Below are positions 13,220 through 26,691 of a stretch of 64,000 nt of DNA, one piece after another. This DNA comes from Eledone cirrhosa (taxonomy: Eukaryota), in assembly GCA_964016885.1 (NCBI GenBank), contig OZ024745.1, forward strand, positions 124,000,001 through 124,064,000, given 5' to 3'. Positions within the stretch are counted from its first letter, which is position 1. Each line of letters opens with the position of its first letter. The notes beneath the pieces were generated by a model. That model worked only from the letters and a program-made list of their open reading frames with translations, did no database searches and was not told the origin of the DNA. The position numbers and the translations under genes are program-made.

Positions 13220-14605
13220 CGTCTGGTAACTGACTTGGTAAACACCCACAAAATGATTAACCATCTTGCCAACAACAACCCTGAGCACCTTTTTGATTTC
13301 CATCTGTCTAACACACGTGGGCATGCCTACAAAGTCAGAAAACAGCACAGCTCCCATGAAACGCTCAGAGTTGCTGAAGCATGGAACAAACTACCTGCAT
13401 CAGTTGTTAGCTGTCGAGGCACTGCATCCTTTAAAACCTCCATGGAACAAACTACCTGCATCAGTTGTTAGCTGTCGAGGCACTGCATCCTTTAAAACCT
13501 CCATGGAACAAACTACCTGCATCAGTTGTTAGCTGTTGAGACACTGCATTCTTTAAAACCTCCATGGAACAAACTACCTGCATCAGTTGTTAGCTGTCGA
13601 GGCACTGCATTCTTTAAAACCTCCATGGAACAAACTACCTGCATCAGTTGTTAGCTGTCGAGACACTGCATCCTTTAAAACCTCCATGGAACAAACTACC
13701 TGCATCAGTTGTTAGCTGTCGAGGCACTGCATCCTTTAAAACCTCCATGGAACAAACTACCTGCATCAGTTGTTAGCTGTCGAGGCACTGCATCCTTTAA
13801 AACCTCCATGGAACAAACTACCTGCATCAGTTGTTAGCTGTTGAGACACTGCATTCTTTAAAACCTCCATGGAACAAACTACCTGCATCAGTTGTTAGCT
13901 TTCGAGACACTGCATCCTTTAAAACCTCCATGGAACAAACTACCTGCATCAGTTGTTAGCTGTCGAGGCACTGCATTCTTTAAAACCTCCATGGAACAAA
14001 CTACCTGCATCAGTTGTTAGCTGTCGAGACACTGCATCCTTTAAAACCTCCATGGAACAAACTACCTGCATCAGTTGTTAGCTGTCGAGGCACTGCATTC
14101 TTTAAAACCTCCATGGAACAAACTACCTGCATCAGTTGTTAGCTGTCGAGACACTGCATCCTTTAAAACCTCCATGGAACAAACTACCTGCATCAGTTGT
14201 TAGCTGTCGAGGCACTGCATCCTTTAAAACCTCCATGGAACAAACTACCTGCATCAGTTGTTAGCTGTCGAGACACTGCATCCTTTAAAACCTCCATGGA
14301 ACAAACTACCTGCATCAGTTGTTAGCTGTTGAGGCACTGCATCCTTTAAAACCTCCATGGAACAATCTACCTGCATCAGTTGTTAGTTGTCGAAACACTG
14401 CATCCTTCAAAACCTCCATGTTCCCTGAGATTTGCCAACACTACAGCTGATGTCTCCCCCTCCTTACACATGCACACATGTATTTTGTGACTCATACACT
14501 GTCCATTTTCCTGACATTTGTACATTATTATATGTACTATACATGCACCTTTGATGAGTTGTAGTGCACCTGAGCACTGCACACAATAATTTTATTATTA
14601 TTATT
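13220..14605 (+). mobile_element. CR1-type LINE 3' end with internal 61-bp tandem expansion
   Basis: NTRGHAYK...RVAEAWNKLPASVV...SFK is typical of the CR1 ORF2 C-terminus; ends in (TTA)n. Confidence 0.75.
13380..14420. repeat. 61-bp tandem repeat, about 17 copies
   Basis: Unit catggaacaaactacctgcatcagttgttagctgtcgaggcactgcatcctttaaaacctc. Confidence 0.95.
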
Positions 14606-14698
14606 AACTTTGCCTTTCATCCTTACGGGGTCGATAAAATAAAGTACCAGTAATGCACTGGGTAATTGCTGGCCTTGTGCCAAACGTAGAAACAATTA
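14605..14698 (+). mobile_element. SINE family A, 3' half
   Basis: ttaactttgcctttcatccttacggggtcgataaaataaagtaccag...gtagaaacaatta. Confidence 0.8.
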
Positions 14699-14724
14699 TT
14701 TTATACATACATACATCAATACAT

Positions 14725-15352
14725 AATAAGCCACATTGTTGCCAGCTACGAAAGAATGTCATCTCGCTACTACCTCCCCATGAGACACGATGGGATAGCT
14801 AGAACCATCTGGAATGCACTTCAGAAAACAAAATTAACAACAAACGAGGAAGAATATATTGAGACAGATGGCACTAAGGAATACTGGTGGAACCTGAAAA
14901 TAAAAACTGCCACCAAATTAAAGCACAACCGGCCTGATATTGTTGTTTGGGACCACACATTGAAAACGTGTTCTGTTGTGGAGATCAGCTGCCCACTTGA
15001 TGTAAACGTTGTCAGAAAAATACAGGAGAAGGAGGACATCTACGGACCATTGATGAGGAGTTTACAAATCCAGTATCCAAGATATACCTTTAGCTTCATA
15101 CCTATCATTATTGGAGCTACGGGTCATATACCAACCCGCTTGGACCAAAGTATGACTGAACTTGGATTCGCGGACAAAAAGCGCAGCTCCCTAATTCATA
15201 GTCTACAAATGGCTGCGATAGCTGGCACCTTCAAAATTTGCAAAACATTCTTGCGATTCAAGGGATGACAATTTCTTTTCTTTTACAACCTTGCCACCAG
15301 GAAGGTGGCCGGTCAAAAAAAATATACTCGAAATTAAGAGAAAGAGATAACA
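14725..15352 (+). mobile_element. R4/Dong-clade LINE, 5'-truncated (REL endonuclease C-terminus, ORF 14756-15268)
   Basis: RHD, KHNRPDIVV, VEISCP and K..Y motifs of a restriction-like endonuclease; flanked by (CATA)n. Confidence 0.85.
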
Positions 15353-16004
15353 TTCATACATACATACATACATACATATATCAATACATACATACATTCA
15401 TACATACATATATGCATACATACATACATTCATATATCAATACATACATACATTCATACATACATATATGCATACATACATACATTCATATATCAATACA
15501 TACATACATTCATATATCAATACATACATACATACATTCATACATACATATATGCATACATACATTGATACATACATCATTACATACATACATACATGCA
15601 TTCATACATACATACATACATAAAAACACACCAAAATACACACACACTCATGTAGACACACATATATATGTGTATTATGAATATATATTATATGTATCTC
15701 AAGCATAGACACACACATGTATATACTACACATTGCACATAATGTGACAACCATTATTTAAAAAGATGTCAGTAACTTATTGGTAGAGAGAGAATTTACT
15801 AGGAATTATTATTATTCCCAAAACACAATGAAATTCAAAGAGTTTCCAAAACTTATGGAATATAAGAATAATTTGATAAATATCAAGATTTATTTTCCTC
15901 AAATCCTCTCTTTCTAATAAAGTTACTATAAATTGAGCAGCAAATAGTTTGAAAGCAATGAGGTGGACAAAAGAGAAGATTCTATTACCTTTTCAGTTAG
16001 AAAG

Positions 16005-16405
<401 letters not shown>

Positions 16406-16599
16406 CATTTAACAGCCCTTCTTCCACAAAGAGACATTGGCAGGATGGGTAATCACAGGATGGGTAATCAAATCTCTATCTAATCAGAACCACTGACCCT
16501 TCAGACGAGTCAGGGGTTCGCAACTTGCTTACTTACGTGTTTGTACATTATGTAGAGTATGCTGTATATACACACACACACATATATATATATATATAA

Positions 16600-16707
16600 A
16601 GAGTCAGGGGTCCTGACTCTTTTCCTATTACCCACTCTACTACCCTAAGTATTGAGTACTCTGGTGCATTATGGTCCACCTGGTATCTTACCACACCGTC
16701 TTTGTTT
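16600..16707 (+). mobile_element. 3' tail of a hammerhead-element family between (TA)n tracts
   Basis: gagtcaggggtcc...cctattacccactctactaccctaagtattgagtac...ccacctgg matches the tail at 40700-40783. Confidence 0.65.
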
Positions 16708-16719
16708 ATATATATATAT

Positions 16720-17325
16720 CCCCCATCTACACCACCCTTTTCTATGTAAAGCTATGTTGGTACCACAATATCCAGTCCTAAATAAATGAGGTCGTGTAGG
16801 TGTCACGATAAAAAAAAAAACACACAGTCCACGCTGTAATGTGGCCGTGTAGGTAACATGGCAAAAACCTCCCAGTCCACACTGTAAATGTGGTTGGTGT
16901 TAGGAAGGGCATCCAGCCATAGAAAACCTGCCAGACAATCCCATATGAGCGAGACGACCAATCTTGCCTCAAGTGGGACAATTCCCGTCTAAACCTATGC
17001 TAGCGTGGAAGATGATGATGATGATGATGATGAAGGTCACTCTCTGTCTGGTTGGAGCTCTGCTCCAGCCACAAGTTTCATCAGTAGCCTGCAGCAAGTT
17101 GTCACGTAAGAAATTCCACTTATTATCTGTCATACGACTCTAAATCGTCTTCTTTTTCGTCATACACATCTTGATGGGATTTCCTAAATTTGTATTTTAG
17201 TGAAAGGTCTTTTAGCTTCCAGACCTTTCTTCTCCACACCTTCCTGTATGTCTCATTCCATCTCTTGCTTACTGAGATATCACTAACGACTAACCTATGC
17301 TGTGGGGTACATTCTTCCCCAAGGT
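16720..17325. mobile_element. RTE fragments: 3' UTR (+, 16720-17033) abutting an ORF fragment (-, 17035-17325)
   Basis: 3' UTR matches 42349-42690 reverse-complemented; ECTPQHRLVVSD...RRKVWKLKD matches the RTE at 43500-43640. Confidence 0.75.
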
Positions 17326-18208
17326 ATAATATATATATATATAATAGGGGTGTATGTGAAAGCACATACGATATGTTTATGTATAATAAAAATATAAGAG
17401 TCTTGCTATGGGTGTTTTTAGCTGTGATAATGTCACAGCTATCTCAGCAGCTGGTGTGAATATAAGACATCTGTTTCTTGATGTGTACCCATCATTAGTG
17501 ATGTTTACTTACTCAGTATTGAGACAAGAATAAACTAAAAGTTTAAATGCTTCTTTTTGTATATGAAATATTGGATATTGATGCTCATTTGCATGTAGTG
17601 CAAAATAAAATATTAGTAGATTAATTAGTAATAGCTCTTACATAATGTCGTCTATAATAAATATATATGACAATCTTCCTGTAGTTTCCATCTACTAAAT
17701 TTACTGATAAGGCATTGATTGGTCCAGGGCTATAATAGAAGACACTTTCTCACAGTGCTACCCTGTGGAACTGTAACCCAAAATACATGTTTCCAAACTC
17801 AAATTCTAAACCTCATTGCTATATCTCAATATAAATAGCAACCTTTTCTAAAGATTGCTAAACACTGAAGAAAGAAATTTCTTACTAAATTATCTCAATT
17901 GATTTTAAATATATGAAGCCATATTAAGCAGTACAATTTGTAATCAACTTGATAGCATTGGTATACTTTATTTAGTAAAGTTCTATCTTGTTTGCAGTAA
18001 CACTGTCAACTATGTAACCTAAACTGACATGAAGAGGCAACAGATAGAGCTGAGGAATAAGGAAATCAAGAAGCCATTTATATCAATATTCTTTTAGTAT
18101 CAAACTTTACATCATTGAAGTACTTTGGTAAAGATGAGCCAATGAAGAAGCTTCAACATCGTTATTTAACTTGCTAGAAATAGCAGCCAACCGTCCCTCA
18201 AATTATAC

Positions 18209-18330
18209 CTTATAAGTAAATGAAAGGTGGTGGTTATCAAATTGGTCCAAGGAAACAATATTTCCGTTGGTTTTCTGTTGGCAGATTTTATTATAAATAA
18301 TGATACAGCCCTGCACGACAGTGGAGTGTT
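18209..18330 (-). CDS. Candidate internal exon (NTPLSCRAVSLFIIKSANRKPTEILFPWTNLITTTFHLLI-R)
   Basis: atgcag acceptor, AG|gtataa donor, 122 nt, phase-2 end compatible with exon 4801-5029. Confidence 0.25.
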
Positions 18331-19513
18331 CTGCATATTAAATTCACACATAGTAGGTTGCATATATGTAACATAGTGAACTCAAGATTATGATTAATTA
18401 AGAATGTTCCTGCAATTAATAAACAAAATCTCTCTCTTAGGATGTTTAAAATCTAAAAACAACAGCTATGTGAGATAACTTCAAAAGTATCAGCCATTCA
18501 TACTTTCTTTTGAAAATATGGATGTTACAGATGGGAATAATTAAAGTTAAATTTAAAGTCTGTCCCAACCCAAGGTCAAGGTCACTTTATGTTAATGATT
18601 AGTTTCAATAACATAAAGTGATAGAAAGTGAATACTCATTTTCAGCTGAGTGGACTGGTGCAATATGAAATGAAATGTCTTGTTGAAGATCACAACACAT
18701 TGCCATATCTGAGAATCAAACACACAACATTGCAATCCTTAGACCAATACTTTCATCACGAGAGTAGATCCTGTTTTTAAAGCCAAAAGGTGAAAACAAC
18801 AGACAAGTTTTCATCTTATTACATTTTCTCCTGGAAGCATATTCTACTCAGTTGGTAAGACTTAGAAGTGATCAGTATATAAAGAAATAATAGGAATGTA
18901 GTTACACTGATTAGGAAATTAAAAATTTCGTTTGGCTGCCATTATTTGAATAATCTAGTTATATTTAACCCTTTAGCATTTACATTTCTCTATATATACT
19001 ATTGTGTTTTTATGGTAAAGACTTTATCTTACATAATTATCTCACACAGTATCGAATCTACAAGATTTTGATGTTATATATTTTGAGAACAATACCTTAA
19101 TATCAGTATGAGCAGCCAGTTATGACCAGTTTCAACAGAAAGGGGTGAAAGAATTCTGGCTGAATATGGCTGGTTTAAGTGCTAAAGGGTTAAAGATTAA
19201 TCACCCTCAGGGGGAGTTTTTGCCTACTAATTGTATGGATAATATCAGTTAATGTTTTTCAATCTGCTATGTTGATAATGATTGATCCTCTGTTGGTTTT
19301 TGTCAATGAGCATTCAATTATTCAACCAACAAAACATCTGACCTATAAATTAACATCTAAGTGATTGAGTATTCCGCAGTTATAGGTATCCTCAGCATAG
19401 TTCTAAGGCAGAAACTGTGAGATGCAATATATGGCAAGGCTAGACCTTTGAATTCCAGACACAATCCAGCTGGTGGACAACCTCACAGTTTCTGTCTACC
19501 CAATATATGTGAC

Positions 19514-19547
<34 letters not shown>

Positions 19548-19551
<4 letters not shown>

Positions 19552-19780
19552 CAGTCCACGCTGTAATGTAGCCGTGTAGGCAACACGGTAAAAACCTCCC
19601 AGCCCCACACTGTAAATGTGGTTGGTGTTAGGAAGGGCATCCAACTGTAGAAAACCCGCCAGACAGTCCTATGCGAGCAAGACAACCACTCTTGCCTCAA
19701 GTGGGAAAACCCCCGTCCAAACCCATGCAAGCGTGGAACACGGACGCTAAACCTGATGATGATGATGATGATGATGATGA
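19548..19780 (+). mobile_element. RTE 3' UTR fragment with (GAT)n tail
   Basis: Near-identical to the reverse complement of 56757-56975. Confidence 0.8.
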
Positions 19781-19789
19781 TATATATAT

Positions 19790-21248
19790 ATATGACTATT
19801 GTATATATATATGACTATTGTATATATATATGACTATTGTATATATATATATGTGACTATTGTATATATATATATATATATGACTATTGTATATATATAT
19901 GTGTGACTATTGTATATATATATATGTGACTATTGTATATATATATATATATGACTATTGTATATATATATATATGACTATTGTATATATATATATGTGA
20001 CTATTGTATATATATATATATATATGACTATTGTATATATATATGTGTGACTATTGTATATATATATATGTGACTATTGTATATATATATATATATGACT
20101 ATTGTATATATATATATATGTGACTATTGTATATATATATATAACTATTGTATATATATATATAACTATTGTATATATATATATATATATATGACTATTG
20201 TATATATATATATATGTGACTATTGTATATATATATATATATGTGACTATTGTATATATATATGTGACTATTGTATATATATATATAACTATTGTATATA
20301 TATATATATATATATATGACTATTGTATATATATATATATGTGACTATTGTATATATATATATATGACTATTGTATATATATATATATGTGACTATTGTA
20401 TATATATATGTGACTATTGTATATATATATATGACTATTGTCTATATATATATATATATATGTGACTATTGTATATATATATATGTGACTATTGTATATA
20501 TATATATGTGACTATTGTATATATATATATGTGATTATTGTATATATATATGTGACTATTATATATATATGTGACTATTGTATATATATATATGTGATTA
20601 TTATATATATATGTGAGTATTGTATATATATATATATGATTATTATACATATATATATATGTGACTATTGTATATATATATATGTGACTATTGTATATAT
20701 ATATGTGTGACTATTGTATATATATATGTGACTATTGTATATATATATATATGATTATTATATATATATATAATAATCATATATATATATATACAATAGG
20801 GCGGTAGATTGGCAGTATCAGTAGAGGGTCGGATGCCATGCTTTCCAGCTTAGTTACGTCCCTTTATGATCTGAGTTCAAATCCCGCCGAGGTTGACTTT
20901 GCCTTTCATTCTTACGGGGTCGATAAAATAAAGTACCAGTAATGCACTGGGTAATTGCTGGCCTTGTGCCTAAAGTAGAAACAATTATATATATATATAT
21001 ATGTGACTATTGTATATATATATATATGTCACTATTGTATATATATATATATGATTATTATATATATGTGTGACTATTGTATATATATATGTGTGACTAT
21101 TGTATATATATATATATATGTGACTATCGTATATATATATATATGATTATTATATATATATGTGTGACTATTGTATATGTATGTGACTATTCTATATATA
21201 TATGTCACTATTGTATATATATATATATATATATATATGACTATTGTA
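19790..21248. repeat. GACTATTG-(TA)n variable-length minisatellite with nested SINE A (20798-20986)
   Basis: Dozens of (TA)n-[TG]-TGACTATTG units. Confidence 0.9.
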
Positions 21249-21297
21249 GTATAATGCATAGTTGTCAGTTGCTCATTTTATATGTTGTTCCAAAATT

Positions 21298-21510
21298 AGG
21301 ATGGTGGATTGGCAGTATTGGTAGAGTGGCCAACACCATGCGTTACAGCTTAGAGTTACGGCCCTTTGCGGTCTGAATTCAATTCAATGTTAACTTTGCC
21401 TTTCATTCTTACCGGGTCGATATAATAAAGCACCAGTAATGTACTGGGGTCAATTTAATCGACTTTCCCCTACCCCCAAAATACTGGCCTTGTGTGTATA
21501 CTAGAAATCA
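21298..21510 (+). mobile_element. SINE family A, diverged
   Basis: ggattggcagtattgg head and ttgcctttcattcttaccgggtcgat core. Confidence 0.7.
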
Positions 21511-22596
21511 TATATGGTGTTCCAAATGCAAATGATAAATTAATTATTTTATGTGTTATTATATAATTACACATTTCCTCAATGACAAACTTTAAATAGT
21601 ACAGGTAATTAGTCAAATCATTCGTAGAGCTTGGGCTTCATGTAACAATGGTAAAGATACTTGCTGAAGAAAGATGCCATGCAGTGGGATCATTCCTAGG
21701 ACTTTATTATCACAAAACAAACATATTAGCCACTCAGTTATGCCTGTACAAACTATCAGTATATATACATACAATAGGAGTACAGAGTATATGAGTATCA
21801 AAAATTACAGTTGGTTGCTATTAGTGGAGTTATGCCCCTTAGTCATTGTTTATAGATCTCAAAAAATATATAGAGGAGTTTTTGTCTCATAATTGCATGG
21901 ATAGTATCAATTAATCAATATTTTTCAACTCATTATATATATGTGACTATTGTACTATAATGTACAGTTGTTAGTTGCTCGTTATATATGTTGTTCCAAA
22001 CATAAATGATAAATTAATTATATTATATGTTATATAATTACACATTTCCTTAATGATAAACTTTAAATAGTAAAAGTAATTAGTAAAATTTATGACCTAA
22101 GATTAGTATCAGATTGTGTGTATGTGGCAGGATGAGGGTTATAAGAGTAATGGTGGTTGTGTTACTGTTCATAAGGATATGAACTAAGGTGATAGTGGTA
22201 CTGATATTTATAAATTGGAGGTAATTTAGTGTTCTGTAATATATTAATGTGGTTATGTATTATGTCAGTGAATATAATACAGCTATACGTCATTTTCCTT
22301 TTGCAATAATTCATCACCACCATCATTGTCACTATCATCATCAGCATTATCTTCATCACCATCATCTTCATCTTGCAAGTATGTATGTCGTCACTTAACA
22401 TGCTAGAAATAGGAGCCAAATCTCTGCCAAAAGCACACCTTACTGCTTTTAAAATGTAGAATGTAATTCTCCTCCTTGAAAGACAAGTGAACTGGAAGTG
22501 TGTAAATAGAGATAACATGAGACAAGCAAGCTCTGAAGAGAAGAGGCCACTGTTGTCTTGATAGAAAAGACAGAGAGAGAGAGATAGAGAAAGAGG

Positions 22597-22651
<55 letters not shown>

Positions 22652-23387
22652 GGGAAGACAAATAGAGAGAGGGGAGAGGGGGGGGAGGGGGGGGGGGAGA
22701 GAAACGTTTGGCAAAGATAAGGGCTATCACTAGGGTGAATTGTTTGAGTGTAATGGTGGGGACATTGTCAAGGCTTTTGGCCTTATTGGCATGAAATGAC
22801 CAGAAGTGTTTTCACACATAACCTGTATGGTTATGTAACAGTGAGCCCGATGGAGTTGAAAGAGATAAATAACATGATTGAGAAATGCTGGTCTTTATTA
22901 TTTCTTTCAACATATTCTTTTATTTGTGTATGGAACTCTAATTCATTAAATTCTAGATACTTCTAAGACTGTGGTTGATCTAATTTTCTATTTTTTTAAA
23001 TATTCAACATGTATTAGAGTTTCTATTTATCATTTTTCTTCTCTTTGAGCTTTCCTTAACCCTTTTAACCCTTTAGCATTTACATTACTCTATATTTACT
23101 AATGTATATTCAAGGTAAAGGCTTTATCTCACATAGTTATCTCACATAATATTGAGTATATGAGATTTTGATGATGTTATTGTTTATTTTAAGAACGATA
23201 TCTTAATGTCGGTATGAGCTGCTGGTTATGGCTGGTTTCAAGAAGTGGTGGGAATTCTGGCCAGATTCATCTGGTTAATATATTTTTCTAAATCAAATTT
23301 ATTTCATGCCAATTTGACTTCTAAATCCATGACTATATGTAAAACGTTCTAGAAACATAAACATGAGATTATTGTCATCTCATATCA

Positions 23388-23712
23388 TGGCTTAGTGGTT
23401 AGAGCATTGGGCTTGCAATCGAAAGGTTGTGAGTTCAATTCTCAGACTGGGTGATGTGTTGTTTCCTTGAGCGAGACACTTTATTTCACATTGCTCCAGT
23501 TTACTCAGCTGTAGAAATGAGATGATAGGGACTGGGGTCCCTATCATTCCACTGCAAAGTGGTCGTGTAGGTGCCACGGCAAAAAATCACCCAACACTCT
23601 CACTGTAAATGAGATTGGTGTTAGGAAGGGCATCCAGCTGTAGAAATCAAGCCAGAATCAGTTCCTGTCCCACCCTTGCAAGCAGGGAAAACCGGACGTA
23701 AAATGATGATAA
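23388..23712 (+). mobile_element. tRNA-derived SINE family B with RTE-derived tail
   Basis: A box TGGCTTAGTGG, B box GAGTTCAATTC, body ccttgagcgagacact, tail ggtgttaggaagggcatccagc...ggacgtaaaatgatgat shared with RTE; copies 39135-39535 (-), 61548-61872 (-); diverged copies 2050-2185, 18635-18750, 48330-48460. Confidence 0.85.
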
Positions 23713-24729
23713 TGGTGATCCAGTTTAGTTTGGCATGTTTATTAGATGTGCTAATGCCATGAACAGAAAAAATGTGATCAATAACAACTCCTAGTTCTAC
23801 AATACAAAACCTTTTCTTATAAAATCTTTATATTCATCTAAAATCCTTACATCATAATTTTATCAAAGAATCTTAATAGTTCTTTTTATCGTGTCCACAA
23901 GAGTGTCAGCTACAAAGCTTGGCTAGATGTGGTTCCGCCACAGCTGAACACATTGCTGTCCTTTCTCATTAAACTCTGCCAATGCTGTGCAGGGTTGTTC
24001 CAGCAGGGGGCATATTAGGAGGTGCTGCATAGTCTGTGGTTTGATGGTGTTTGTGGTGGTGATAAGATTAGCAGTATCTTGTCGATCTTGTAGATCTTAT
24101 CAATACTCCCAGGGCCGCAGTGTGGATGCTCCTATCTTGACCCCAACTTAGTAATAAAAATGTTAGTTATACAAATACTGTAATTTCTAACAAAGAAATA
24201 AAGCCTTAACGTTGAAATAACAAAATCTGTGAGTGTAATACATTGAACTTCAGAATATTTTTTACATATTTTTACATTGAACTTTAGAATATTTTTACAT
24301 ATTTTTACTACCTCACTCATAGATTGGAGGAAAATTTATTGGCTTGGAAATCCAAACTGTTACTTATGCATTTAAGTACCCCAAATATTAACTAGTGAAT
24401 GAACAGAGAGAACGTGATCCCTTGAAATATAAGGGTGGGAAACATTTAGATTGTGGTGACACTTTATGTAGTACAGTTTTTTAAATTTAAAATATTGTTT
24501 TTCTTCATGTATGTTCAAAACCACATTCTGCCAAAACCACATACAATGTGAACCAACTGGATGTTCTGTATTATAGGTTTGCTTGCATGACTGTGTCATT
24601 TAGAAGTTTGCTTCAGAACCCTAGTTTTTGGTTCAATCCCCCATTCAGCAGATATCTTCCACTACAGCTTTATAGACAGAAATTGTAGAAATCCATCACA
24701 CATAAAACATATATATATATATATATATG

Positions 24730-25729
24730 TAGATAAATCTACCAAGAGTTTACGGTAGTGTCCAATCCGTATGAAGAACTCAATGTAATCCGGATATCAT
24801 GGAAAGAAGAGATGCAATGAAAAATCACTTTCGGTGAAAGATAAACGGAATACAGAGTCAAGATAAAATATTAAAAAAATAATGAATAAAACAATGAAAC
24901 AGTTCCTTATATTAAACAAAAAAAGTTCATTATTTAACGATCGTTTCTGGGATATATATGTGTTAGAATTGGCATGTATATTTAACAGATCTATGTACAA
25001 AATTATACAAAATTATACAAACTATCAAAATTAAATACACATACCAACTCATATATATGCCGTCTTCAGAAATAATGAAATATATTTATTGATAATAACA
25101 ACAATTCAAAATTACAGGTCTGTTTGGGAACAGAGTTCAAATTGACCAATGGAAACACAAAAAGTTTATACAGTTAGGTGTGTGTATATATGTAAGTAAC
25201 TTCGTTCACAGATATGCATAAAAATATATGTTCACATGCATACGCATGCCGAAAAGATGTATGTAAATACAAAAATTCAGGGCTAATGTCTCTGTATGTT
25301 TATAATCTACAGATAAAATACATATACGCATATAAACATATAAATATAAAAATAAATATATACACATTCATATACTCACACATATACATACATTCACACA
25401 CACACGCGCATATATACACACACCTAACTGTATAAACTTTTTGTGTTTCCATTGGTCAATTTGAACTCTGTTCCCAAACAGACCTGTAATTTTGAATTGT
25501 TGTTATTATCAATAAATATATTTCATTATTTCTGAAGACGGCATATATATGAGTTGGTATGTGTATTTAATTTTGATAGTTTGTATAATTTTGTATAATT
25601 TTGTACATAGATCTGTTAAATATACATGCCAATTCTAACACATATATATCCCAGAAACGATCGTTAAATAATGAACTTTTTTTGTTTAATATAAGGAACT
25701 GTTTCATTGTTTTATTCATTATTTTTTTA

Positions 25730-25738
<9 letters not shown>
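24730..25738. mobile_element. Fold-back hammerhead element, 330-bp arms (24863-25192 / 25409-25738)
   Basis: Essentially perfect inverted repeat with 216-bp spacer, flanked by (TA)n. Confidence 0.8.
25522..25675 (+). ncRNA. Type I hammerhead ribozyme with about 115-nt extended stem II
   Basis: TTCATTATTT-CTGAAGA-long hairpin-GAAA-C(GATC)G-TT-AAATAATGAA; 10-bp perfect stem I; mismatch at the base of stem II. Confidence 0.7.
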
Positions 25739-25760
<22 letters not shown>

Positions 25761-26170
25761 TAAAATACAAATATTAATAAAATAGATGTTCTTTTGATCA
25801 ATTACATTTTATTATACATATTTCGGATGTACAACAGTACGTCCTCATCAGACAAAATATAATGATACATGACATACCCTGAGATGTTAAATGGTTAAGA
25901 TTTAATCAAGGTAGTACTTGATTAAATCTTAACCATTTAACATCTCAGGGTATGTCATGTATCATTATATTTTGTCTGATGAGGACGTACTGTTGTACAT
26001 CCGAAATATGTATAATAAAATGTAATTGATCAAAAGAACATCTATTTTATTAATACTTATATTTTAATATTAATAACTCCAGAAAATAATTTTTTCGTTG
26101 AGTGCTTCCAATCTACTGTAAAACTCATTCTTTGACATAATCATTGAATATTGTTTAACAATTTAATATA
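25761..26170. mobile_element. Fold-back hammerhead element, about 140-bp arms (25772-25910 / 25917-26055)
   Basis: Near-perfect palindrome with 6-nt loop, between (TA)n tracts. Confidence 0.8.
25967..26023 (+). ncRNA. Type I minimal hammerhead ribozyme (mirror copy on - strand)
   Basis: ATATTTTGT-CTGATGA-GGACGTAC(TGTT)GTACATCC-GAAA-T(ATGT)A-TA-ATAAAATGT. Confidence 0.85.
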
Positions 26171-26691
26171 TATTATATATATATATATATAATTCGGGAT
26201 GTTTGTTTACAAACACACCGAGCATTATAATAAATGTTCAGTGAATCCATACGTACATATATATATATGTGTGCATGTATGTATATATATATATATATAC
26301 ATACTACTGTACGTCTGTATACATATATGTATGTACGTGTACATACTTATATTTAAGTAACAGCAGTTCTAAGAGTGAGAAATGAAATTTCGTTTCATTT
26401 TTTCCGTTTATATATATATATGTATATATATGTATAACTATGTGTATGTGCTTATGTGTGTGTGCATACATGTCTATTTGTGTGAATGTCTGTGTGTGTA
26501 TGTGTGTGTGTGAGTGTGTATGTGTTTGTATGTGTTCATGTGTGTGTGTGTGTGTGCATGTGTACGCTTGTTGAATGTCAGATGAATACTGTTATAAAGC
26601 CAAATGAGTCAGATGTTTATATCCATCTTAAACATCCAGCCGTGTTTCCAGTTCAATAAAAAAAAGTTTCTAGTTTGACTCATATTTATAA

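Noticed and set aside
13380-14420. CRISPR-like regular array
   Set aside because: Contiguous near-identical units with no unique spacers; derived from a CR1 3' end in eukaryotic DNA
23388-23460. tRNA gene
   Set aside because: A and B boxes are present, but there is no proper acceptor stem and the sequence continues into a SINE body
26165-26673. Possible additional Helitron ending TTTCTAG|T
   Set aside because: No clear 5' TC, no subterminal hairpin and no second copy in the window
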